A stretch of DNA of 64,000 nucleotides, from NCBI GenBank assembly GCA_038204895.1, contig JBBRCL010000006.1, positions 6,078 to 70,077 of the forward strand, read 5' to 3'. The number at the start of each line of letters is the position of its first letter. Within the stretch, counting starts at the first letter, position 1. The translations under genes were made by a program, and so were the position numbers. Shown in pieces: positions 51,220 through 59,235 of this stretch. This DNA comes from Actinomycetales bacterium. Its GTDB lineage: Bacteria > Actinomycetota > Actinomycetes > Actinomycetales > Cellulomonadaceae. The notes under the pieces are model-generated. The model was given only the letters and a program-made list of their open reading frames with translations, made no database searches and was not told the origin of the DNA.

Positions 51220-52632
51220 TCAGCGGACGCGCCGCAATCGCACCGACCGGTTCGCCGGATCGGCCTGGAGCAGCCGGACGCGCACCCGCAGGCCCACCGG
51301 GAGGTCGTCGTCCTCGGTGTGCGCCACCACTGCGGGAGAGCGCAGCTGGACGGTCCGCGGGTCGAGCGCGACGCCGTCGAACTCCTCACCGACGTGCGGC
51401 GCAAGGATGGCAGCCTCGACCAGGTCGGTGCACGCGCGGTCGACCGCCGCCGCCCGCCGTGCGCCGGTCGCCATCAGCTCGCCGAGTGACGAGAACTCGG
51501 CGAGCACCCACTCCGGCGGATCGACGCTCTGCTGCGCGGCGAGGCAGATCTCCAGGCCGTACCTGTCGACCAGCCGGCGCAGCGGTGCAGTGACGTGCGC
51601 GTACGGAGCGGCGACCGCGCCGTGCACGACGGCGGACGGCGGGGTTCCGCGGAACGGTTCCCAGGCGGCCCCCCGGAACAGGCTGACCGCGGCGGTCAGG
51701 AAGGCGGCGGTCGCCGGCGTCGCGCGGTCAAGGGCGGCGAGGGCGTCCGGGTAGCTCGTGCCATGAGGCCAGGGAACGCCGAGCCCGACGGCACGACGCT
51801 GCAGCCGCTCCAGCTGCTCGGGTTCCGCCGCGGGCATAGTCCGCAGGATCCCGACCCCGGCGTCCAGCATCATCCGAGCGGCGGTCATCCCGGTCATCAG
51901 CGAGATCTGCGCGTTGTGGTTCTCCACGGGCAGCGGGGCACGGAACTCCAGGTCCCATCCGCCACCCGCGGCGTCGACCACCTCCTGCTCGGGCTTGGCG
52001 AGCGACACCCCTCCGCGTTCGCGCTCGAGCCAGCTGCGGAGGGTCCCCACCTCGACCAGGAGTCGCAGCACCTCCCCGGTGGTGCCGGCGTCCAGCCGCG
52101 CCTGCTCGGTCGGGTAGTCCAGCTGCTCCCGGCTGCGGACAACGCTCCGGGCGACCGTTGCCTCCTCGACCTCACCGTCCGCGCCCAGCCGCAGGTCCCA
52201 GACGATGGCCGGCCGGTCCTGCCCGGGCAGCAGCGAGGCCGTGCCCTCGCTCAGCACCGTCGGGTGTAGCGGCACCCGTTCGTCCGGGCAGTAGACCGTG
52301 AGGGTGCGCTCCTTGACCGCCCGATCCAGTGCTCCACCGGGCCGCACGAACGCCGCGACGTCGGCAATGGCATACCGCACGCGGTAGCCGCTACCCGAGC
52401 GTTCGATGTGCATCGCCTGGTCGAGGTCCCGCGATCCTGGCGGATCGATCGTCACGAAGGGCAGGTCCGTCAGGTCCGCGCGTCCGGCGGTACGGTTGTC
52501 AGCCGCGGCGCTCGCCTCGTCCAGCGCGGCCTCGGGGAAGTCGGTCGGCACCTTGAGCTCCCGCCTGATGGCGGCGAAGCCCTCCCGCAGCAGCAGCCCC
52601 TCACCCCGCAGGTGACGACGTGGTTGAGGCAC
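51220..52632 (-). CDS. RNB-domain ribonuclease (RNase II/R family)
   Basis: TIDPPGSRDLDQA, HVTAPLRRLVD; TAGGGT 6 nt before GTG. Confidence 0.92.
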   Translation of the reverse strand: MPQPRRHLRGEGLLLREGFAAIRRELKVPTDFPEAALDEASAAADNRTAGRADLTDLPFVTIDPPGSRDLDQAMHIERSGSGYRVRYAIADVAAFVRPGGALDRAVKERTLTVYCPDERVPLHPTVLSEGTASLLPGQDRPAIVWDLRLGADGEVEEATVARSVVRSREQLDYPTEQARLDAGTTGEVLRLLVEVGTLRSWLERERGGVSLAKPEQEVVDAAGGGWDLEFRAPLPVENHNAQISLMTGMTAARMMLDAGVGILRTMPAAEPEQLERLQRRAVGLGVPWPHGTSYPDALAALDRATPATAAFLTAAVSLFRGAAWEPFRGTPPSAVVHGAVAAPYAHVTAPLRRLVDRYGLEICLAAQQSVDPPEWVLAEFSSLGELMATGARRAAAVDRACTDLVEAAILAPHVGEEFDGVALDPRTVQLRSPAVVAHTEDDDLPVGLRVRVRLLQADPANRSVRLRRVR

Positions 52633-52701
52633 CTCGCCACCCTAGGTGCCCGTGCCGGCGCCCGCGCCCGCGAACCGTTCTCAGACCAGCTGAGGTGCAG
52701 G

Positions 52702-53748
52702 TCAGCCGAGCTCCGCTGCCAGCACGGCTGCGAACTCGTCGACGTCGGCCTCCGTCGTGTCGAAGGCGCACATCAGCCGGACCAGACCGGGATGACCCTC
52801 CCAGTCGTAGAAGTGGAAGCGCTCGCGCACCCGATCGGCAACGCCGTCGGGCAGCACAGCGAACACCGCGTTGGCCTCGACGGGCAGCGCAACGTGCACC
52901 CCGGGCAGCCCGCCGATCGCGTCGCGGAGCCGGCGCGCCATGGCGTTGGCGTGCTGGGCGGATCGCAGCCACAGGTCACCGTCGAAAAGGGCCAGCAGCT
53001 GGGCGGACACGAACCGCATCTTCGAGGCCAGCTGCATGTCGATCTTGCGGAGGTAGCGCACACCCTCGACGGCAGCCGGCTCCAGCACGACGATGGCCTC
53101 GGCGCCGAGCGCGCCGTTCTTGGTCCCGCCGAGCGAGACGACATCGACCCCGACGTCAGTGGTGAAGGCGCGAAGCGGCAGCCCCAGGGTGGCGGCGGCG
53201 TTCGCGATCCGGGCCCCGTCCAGGTGGACCCGCAGTCCCTGCTGATGGGCCAGCTCGCACACCGCTGCGATCTGCTCCGGTGAGTAGCAGGTGCCGAGCT
53301 CGGTGGTCTGGGTGATCGACACGACTCCCGGCTGCGCCCGGTGCTCGTCGTCGCGTCCACCCATCCGGAGGTCGACGAGCTCAGGGGTCAGCCGGCCGTC
53401 CGATGCGGCGACGGTGAGCAGCTTCAGCCCGCCGACACGTTCCGGGGCCGCGTTCTCGTCGGTGTTGATGTGCGCGGACTCCGAGCAGATCACGGCGCCC
53501 CAACGCGGCAGCATCGACTGCAGGGCGACCACGTTGGCCGCAGTCCCGGTGAACACGGGGTAGATGTCGACGTCACGGCCGAAGTGCCCGGCAAGGACCT
53601 CGCGCAGACGGGCGGTGTAGACGTCCGCCCCGTACGCCACCTGGTGTCCCTCGTTGGCCTCGGCCAGCGCCGCCAGGACCTCGGGATGGGCACCTGCGTA
53701 GTTGTCCGAGCCGAATGCCCGGTGGCCGGGCTCATGCAGTCGCGTCAC
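52702..53748 (-). CDS. ltaE: Low-specificity L-threonine aldolase
   Basis: FGSDNYAG, YGADVYT, TQTTELGT, LDGARIAN, GGTKNG, KMRFVSAQ. Confidence 0.92.
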   Translation of the reverse strand: MTRLHEPGHRAFGSDNYAGAHPEVLAALAEANEGHQVAYGADVYTARLREVLAGHFGRDVDIYPVFTGTAANVVALQSMLPRWGAVICSESAHINTDENAAPERVGGLKLLTVAASDGRLTPELVDLRMGGRDDEHRAQPGVVSITQTTELGTCYSPEQIAAVCELAHQQGLRVHLDGARIANAAATLGLPLRAFTTDVGVDVVSLGGTKNGALGAEAIVVLEPAAVEGVRYLRKIDMQLASKMRFVSAQLLALFDGDLWLRSAQHANAMARRLRDAIGGLPGVHVALPVEANAVFAVLPDGVADRVRERFHFYDWEGHPGLVRLMCAFDTTEADVDEFAAVLAAELG

Positions 53749-53776
53749 GTCGGCATCCTGCCACCGGTTCGACCGC

Positions 53777-54364
53777 TCAGTCGTGGCTCGGCGGCTCGTC
53801 GTCGTCCGCGGTGTGCCGGGCGAGCACGAAGACGAGGTCGGAGAGCCGGTTGAGGTAGCGGAGCAGCTCTGGGCTCACCCCCTGGCCGGCGTCCTGCAGG
53901 GCCACCACTCGCCGCTCTGCCCGGCGCACGACCGTGCGGGCGTTGTCAAGAGCGGCTGACGTCCCACCCGTGCCCGGTACGACGAAGACCGGGCGCAGCG
54001 GCCGGGCTGCCAGCCTGCCGTCGATCGCCCGCTCGATGGCGTCCACCATCTCCTGGGTCACCAACGAGATCCCCGCCTCGAGCCGGTCGCGATGCCGTGG
54101 GTTCGTCGCAAGATCGGCGGCCACGACGAACAGCTCTCGCTGGCGCTCGAGGATCTCGCTCGCCAGCGCGGCGTCATGGCACGACGCCCGCGCCACCCCG
54201 AGCGCGGAGACCGCCTCGTCGATGTCCCCGCACGCCTCCATCAGGGCGTCGGCCTTGGAGACCCGACCACCGAGGAAGGTGCCCGTGGTGCCGTCGTCCC
54301 CGGCCCTGGTGTAGACGCGCACATGTCCTCCCGGTCGCCTGGTCCTGTCGGCACCCTCGCCCAT
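53777..54364 (-). CDS. pduO: PduO-type cob(I)alamin adenosyltransferase
   Basis: VYTRAGDDGTT, RTVVRRAERR, YLNRLSDLVF; alternative start GTG54322. Confidence 0.92.
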   Translation of the reverse strand: MGEGADRTRRPGGHVRVYTRAGDDGTTGTFLGGRVSKADALMEACGDIDEAVSALGVARASCHDAALASEILERQRELFVVAADLATNPRHRDRLEAGISLVTQEMVDAIERAIDGRLAARPLRPVFVVPGTGGTSAALDNARTVVRRAERRVVALQDAGQGVSPELLRYLNRLSDLVFVLARHTADDDEPPSHD

Positions 54365-54454
54365 GGCACGTCCTCCGGGCAAGTCACCCCGCGGCGTCGG
54401 CCCGTGGCGGTACGGTGATCCGGTCACCCACCGGGTGATGCTCTGAACAGGGCC

Positions 54455-54546
54455 CGCAGCCAGGGGAAGCCGGTCGAAGTCCGGCGCTGACCCGCAACCG
54501 TAGGTCGGACGCTCCCCGCGTCCGACGAGCCGGAGCACCTGCTGCG
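54455..54546 (+). ncRNA. Cobalamin riboswitch, compact form
   Basis: AGGGGAAGCCGGTCGAAGTCCGGCGCTGACCCGCAACCGT, P6 hairpin, GAGCCGGA; P1 CGCAGC/GCTGCG. Confidence 0.9.
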
Positions 54547-54671
54547 AGCCGAGAGGCTCCAACCGTCGAGGCATGCGGGACGGAGCCCGGGTCGTCGCCA
54601 CGACCGTGCGGGCCTCCCGCAGCCGGCGACGGTGCTGGGTCCGGCCACGGACCCCTCAGAAAGAAGCACCG

Positions 54672-55334
54672 ATGCGTCGCACTGCTGCCACACTCTCCCG
54701 TCAGTTCGCCGCCGCCCTCCTCGCGGCCGGCTTCGCGATCCCCCTCGCTGCGTCCAGCGCTGCCGGGGACACCGAGGTTCCCCCCTCGCCGTGCCAGGAC
54801 GGCGTGACGGTCGTCGTCGACTTCACGGACCTCGGCGGCCGACTCGAGACCGGCTGCGCGGCGGATCCCGCCACCGGCATCGAGGCGCTCCAGCAGGCCG
54901 GGTTCACCGACACTCGCGACCCCGCCGGGATGATCTGCGCGATCGACGCCCGGCCGGACCCTTGCCCGGAGACCTTCACCGGCTCGTACTGGTCGTACTG
55001 GTACGGCGGCACAGACGGCACCTGGCAGGTCCGGATGGAGGGCACCGACACGTCGGTGCCGGCGGCCGGCGGATTCGAGGGCTGGCGGTACAACGACGGC
55101 TCGACCGGCCCAAGCGTGCTCCCGGCCGATCTGCCGGCGCAGCCGACGGACGAGTCGGCGGCTGTCTCCGGCGACGACGGGACGGACGCCGGCACCCTGG
55201 TCCCCGAGGCCGCCCAACCATGGGTGTTCGCCATCGTCGGCATCGGCGCCGTCTCCGCGGTCGTTGCGGTCGGCATCGGCTTGATGCGGCGCTCGGGACG
55301 CGGGTCGTCGAACGGCCCGGCCGGACAGGACTGA
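54672..55334 (+). CDS. Secreted, C-terminally anchored putative B12-binding protein (SCO2322/DUF4430-like)
   Basis: Signal peptide; ICAID..P..C..SYWSYW..W..EGWRY domain; C-terminal TM; first gene after the riboswitch. Confidence 0.75.
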   Translation: MRRTAATLSRQFAAALLAAGFAIPLAASSAAGDTEVPPSPCQDGVTVVVDFTDLGGRLETGCAADPATGIEALQQAGFTDTRDPAGMICAIDARPDPCPETFTGSYWSYWYGGTDGTWQVRMEGTDTSVPAAGGFEGWRYNDGSTGPSVLPADLPAQPTDESAAVSGDDGTDAGTLVPEAAQPWVFAIVGIGAVSAVVAVGIGLMRRSGRGSSNGPAGQD

Positions 55335-55338
55335 GCCG

Positions 55339-56358
55339 ATGACGATGCGCCCCCTTGCACTGCACCCGCTCGCCTGGTGGGCGTGGGCGCTCGCGCTCGC
55401 GGTCGCGGCGACCCGGGTGAGTGACGTCCGAGTGGTCGCACTGCTCCTGGCGGCGGTCGTCGCGGTCGTGATCCTGCGCCGCGACGACTCGCCGTGGGCA
55501 CGGTCGTTCCCTGCCTACCTGGTGCTCGGGGGCTGCATCGTCGTCGTCCGGATCGCCTTTCACGTGGCGGTGGGGATCAAGTCGCCGGGAACGGTGCTGC
55601 TGGACCTGCCACGCGTGCGGACCCCCGACTGGGCGGTCGGGATCGAGCTCTTCGGTCCGGTGACCAGCACTGGGCTGGCCACCGCGGCGGCAGCCGGCTT
55701 GCGCCTCGCGCTGCTCGTCGTGTGCTTCGGCGCCGCCAACGCGCTGGCCAATCCGAAGCGGGCCCTTCGTGCGCTGCCGGCGTCGCTGCACCACATGGGC
55801 TCGGCAGTCGTGATCGCGATCAGCGTGACGCCGCAGCTGGTCGCGGCCGCCGTCGGGGTGCGACGCGCGCAACGCCTGCGCGGCACACCCCGACGGGGCG
55901 CCCGCGCGGTGCTTGCCTCGGCGGTCCCGGTGCTCACTGACGCCCTCGACCGGTCCCTTGCCCTTGCGGCTTCGATGGACTCGCGCGGGTACGCCCGGAC
56001 GTTGCCCGGCAGGTCCGACCGTCGGGTCGGTGCGCTGCTGCTGCTGGCCCTGCTCTCGGCCGCGTTCGGCACCTACGCCCTGCTGGCCGGCAGCCCGGTC
56101 CTGCAGTCGGCCGGCATGCTGGCCGCCGGCGCAGCTGCTGCCGTTGTCGCGTCGGTGCTCGCGGGACGCCAGGTGCAGCGCAGCAGGTATCGGCCGGACG
56201 TCTGGGGCAGGCCGGAGACGCTCGTCGCGCTCGCCGGCACGGTTGCCGCCGGTCTGCTGATCGCCTCGTCGGGGGCTGCCGGACAGCTCCTCCTCGCGGC
56301 CGCGGGAGCTGCGCTCGCGGCAGCGCCGGCGCTGGGCTCGCGCAGGTTCGCCTCATGA
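55339..56358 (+). CDS. ECF transporter T component (CbiQ/CbrV-like)
   Basis: LHPLAWWAWA, DRSLALAASMDSRGY, RSRYRPDVW. Confidence 0.9.
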   Translation: MTMRPLALHPLAWWAWALALAVAATRVSDVRVVALLLAAVVAVVILRRDDSPWARSFPAYLVLGGCIVVVRIAFHVAVGIKSPGTVLLDLPRVRTPDWAVGIELFGPVTSTGLATAAAAGLRLALLVVCFGAANALANPKRALRALPASLHHMGSAVVIAISVTPQLVAAAVGVRRAQRLRGTPRRGARAVLASAVPVLTDALDRSLALAASMDSRGYARTLPGRSDRRVGALLLLALLSAAFGTYALLAGSPVLQSAGMLAAGAAAAVVASVLAGRQVQRSRYRPDVWGRPETLVALAGTVAAGLLIASSGAAGQLLLAAAGAALAAAPALGSRRFAS

Positions 56359-58061
56359 ACCGGACCGCACTGCGGATGGAGCACGTCACCGTCACGTACC
56401 CGGGCGCGACCCGACCGGTCCTGCGCGACGTGTGCCTCGACGTCCCCGAGGGAGAGCTCTGCCTCGTCATCGGGCCCACCGGGGCAGGCAAGTCGACGCT
56501 GCTGCGGGCGGCCTGCAGCCTCGTCCCGCACTTCACCGGGGGAACGCTGGCCGGACGCGTCCTGCTGGACGGACGTGACACCCGCGACCACCTTCCCCGG
56601 GACCTCGCCGATGTGGTGGGCGTTGTCGGCCAGGACCCGGCTGCCGGCTTCGTCACCGACATCGTCGAGGAGGAGCTCGCCTACGCCATGGAGCAGCTCG
56701 GCCTGGCGCCGGCGGTGATGCGCAAGCGGGTCGAGGAGGTGCTCGACCTCCTGGGCCTCGCCGCGCTGCGGGACCGCCCGCTCAGCGGTCTGTCCGGGGG
56801 TGAGCAGCAGCGGGTGGCGATCGGCGCGGTGATCACGGCGCAGCCCCGCGTCCTGGTGCTCGACGAGCCGACCTCGGCCCTTGATCCGGCGGCTGCCGAG
56901 GACGTGCTCGCGGCGCTCACCCGGCTGGTGCACGACCTCGGGATGACGGTGGTCCTCGCCGAGCACCGGCTCGAGCGGGTGGTCCAGTACGCGGACCGGG
57001 TGGTGGCTGTCGCCGCCGACGGGTCGGTCACGGACGGGCCGCCGCAGGACGTGCTCGCCACCGCCGCCGTCGTGCCACCGATCGTGGATCTCGGGCTGTT
57101 GGCCGGCTGGGATCCGCTGCCGCTGTCCGTGCGTGATGCCCGACGCCGGGCCCCCGCCCTGCGCGCGCGTCTGGCACCCGGTCTCGCCCGCGACGTGGAC
57201 CGGCCGACCGCTCCCTCGCCCGAGGTGCTGACGGCTCGGGACGTACACGTGCACCACGGTCGGCTCGCCTCGCGGCGACGGCCCGGTCCCGGCTCGACAG
57301 CGGATTGCGCACCCGGCGCGACGGGGGTGCATGCGGTGCGCGGGGTGAACCTCACCCTGCGGGCCGGCGACGTCGTCGCCCTGATGGGTCGCAACGGCTC
57401 GGGCAAGACGTCGTTGCTCTGGGCGCTGCAGGGCTCCGGGCGCCGCAACCGCGGTTCCGTCCAGGTGGCGCCCGGCCCGTCCGACGTTGGTCCGGCCCGC
57501 GCCGATCCCGCGCGGCTCTCCCCCCGCGACGCGCGGCGCCGGGTGGCCCTGGTGCCGAACACCCCGCAGGACCTGCTGTTCCGCGAATCCGTCGCGGCCG
57601 AGTGTGCGGAGGCGGACGGATCGGCGCCCGGGACGACGCGTGCCCTGTTGGACGACCTGGCCCCCGGGATCCCCGGGCAGGCGCACCCGCGCGACCTGTC
57701 GGAGGGTCAGCGCCTGGCACTGGCACTGGCGGTCCAGCTCGCCGCGACACCGCGCGTCCTGCTGCTCGACGAACCGACCCGCGGCCTGGACTACGCCGCG
57801 AAGCGGCACCTGGCCGAGGTGCTGGTCAGGCACGCAGCCGGCGGCGGTGCGGTTCTGCTGTCCAGCCACGACGTGGAGTTCGTCGCGGAGTGCGCGTCCC
57901 GGGTGGTCGTGATGGCCGACGGAGATGTGGTCGCCGACGGCACGGCGGCTGAGGTGCTGGTGTCGTCGCCGGTCTTCGCCCCGCAGGTCGCCAAGATCCT
58001 GCACCCCTTGCCGCTGCTGACTGTCGCGCAGGCCCGCCGGGCCATGGAGCGCACGCCATGA
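56355..58061 (+). CDS. ECF transporter duplicated ATPase
   Basis: GPTGAGKST/LSGGEQQR/LDEP and GRNGSGKT/LSEGQR/LDEP/SHD. Confidence 0.94.
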   Translation: MNRTALRMEHVTVTYPGATRPVLRDVCLDVPEGELCLVIGPTGAGKSTLLRAACSLVPHFTGGTLAGRVLLDGRDTRDHLPRDLADVVGVVGQDPAAGFVTDIVEEELAYAMEQLGLAPAVMRKRVEEVLDLLGLAALRDRPLSGLSGGEQQRVAIGAVITAQPRVLVLDEPTSALDPAAAEDVLAALTRLVHDLGMTVVLAEHRLERVVQYADRVVAVAADGSVTDGPPQDVLATAAVVPPIVDLGLLAGWDPLPLSVRDARRRAPALRARLAPGLARDVDRPTAPSPEVLTARDVHVHHGRLASRRRPGPGSTADCAPGATGVHAVRGVNLTLRAGDVVALMGRNGSGKTSLLWALQGSGRRNRGSVQVAPGPSDVGPARADPARLSPRDARRRVALVPNTPQDLLFRESVAAECAEADGSAPGTTRALLDDLAPGIPGQAHPRDLSEGQRLALALAVQLAATPRVLLLDEPTRGLDYAAKRHLAEVLVRHAAGGGAVLLSSHDVEFVAECASRVVVMADGDVVADGTAAEVLVSSPVFAPQVAKILHPLPLLTVAQARRAMERTP

Positions 58062-58954
58062 GCGGGCCCTCCGTGCCCCGGCGGGCGACAGCCATGCCGC
58101 TGGGGCCACGCACGACGTCTGCTCTCGTCCTCGCCTCGGTCGCCGGTCTGCTCGCGTTCGGCTGGCCGCTGGTCCTGGCACCCGCCGGCGGGCTCGAGCA
58201 CGGTGTCGATGCGCCGCTGGTGCTCGCGGCGGTCCTGGCGGGCGTGCTGCTCGTGCTGGCGGTGGCTCTCGGCGAGGGTGGCATCGACGTCAAGGCGATC
58301 GCCGTGCTGGGCCTGCTGTCCGCCGTCGGGGCGGTGCTGCGACCGCTCTCCGCGGGGACCGGCGGGGTGGAGCTGGTCTTCGTCGTCATCATCCTGGGCG
58401 GTCGGGTGTTCGGTCCCGGGTTCGGGTTCGCCCTTGGTTCCACAACGATCTTCGCGTCCGCGCTGCTCACCGGTGGTGTCGGGCCGTGGCTGCCGTTCCA
58501 GATGCTCGCCGCGTCGTGGGTGGGTCTGGGTGCCGGTCTGCTGCCGCGGCGCCTCCGCGGGCGTTCCGAGGTCGCGCTGGTCGCGGTCTACGGGGCGCTG
58601 GCCGCCCTGACCTTCGGGATCGCGATGAACCTGTCCTTCTGGCCGTTCCAGCTCGGGGTGGGTACCGAGCTCTCGTTCGTCCCGGGCGACGCGGTGGCCG
58701 CCAACCTGCACCGGTTCTGGGTGTACAGCCTCGCGACCTCACTCGGCTGGGACGTCGGGCGCGCGGTGACGACCGCCGTCGGCATCGTGATCCTCGGCCG
58801 TCCGGTCCTGGCGGCCTTGCGGCGAACCGCGGCGCGCGCGGCGTTCGTTCCGGCCGAGCCGGCTCCAGCACGTCTCGACGACGGTCCCGTTGCCGTCCCC
58901 GTTGCTGTTGCCGGTGCCACGCCAAGGGTGGCGACACGCCGCGCGACGCCGTGA
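58058..58954 (+). CDS. ECF transporter S component (CbrT-like, cobalamin)
   Basis: GRVFGPGFGFALG, GPWLPFQM, LGWDVGRA; riboswitch context. Confidence 0.88.
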   Translation: MSGPSVPRRATAMPLGPRTTSALVLASVAGLLAFGWPLVLAPAGGLEHGVDAPLVLAAVLAGVLLVLAVALGEGGIDVKAIAVLGLLSAVGAVLRPLSAGTGGVELVFVVIILGGRVFGPGFGFALGSTTIFASALLTGGVGPWLPFQMLAASWVGLGAGLLPRRLRGRSEVALVAVYGALAALTFGIAMNLSFWPFQLGVGTELSFVPGDAVAANLHRFWVYSLATSLGWDVGRAVTTAVGIVILGRPVLAALRRTAARAAFVPAEPAPARLDDGPVAVPVAVAGATPRVATRRATP

Positions 58955-59043
58955 TCCGTCGGCACTCCTCCCCCGCCCTCGGGCCGCTGGCCTGCACCTT
59001 CGCGGCACACGGGTGAACCCCCGGCGCGCCGCACGGACGAGTG

Positions 59044-59099
59044 TGTCGGAGGCACTACATATAGTGGTTCCACGCTTGTAAGTTAGGCACCCTTAGTGG
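59044..59099 (+). promoter_or_regulatory. nrdJ promoter: PafBC-type motif plus NrdR box(es)
   Basis: TGTCGG-N10-TA-N3-T at 59044-59065; NrdR box GCACTACATATAGTGG at 59052-59067 (13/16 to recalled consensus); degenerate second box 59084-59099. Confidence 0.75.
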
Positions 59100-59235
59100 T
59101 GGACCTCACGGTCCGCACGGTTGGCGACGAGGCCCGCGACGGCATCTCGCACACCGTCGGCGGGCCCCGGGGACGCCCACAGCACTTCCGGCCCGGTAGC
59201 CGGTGAGAGATCCTGGGAACGTGAAGGAGAAGGAC

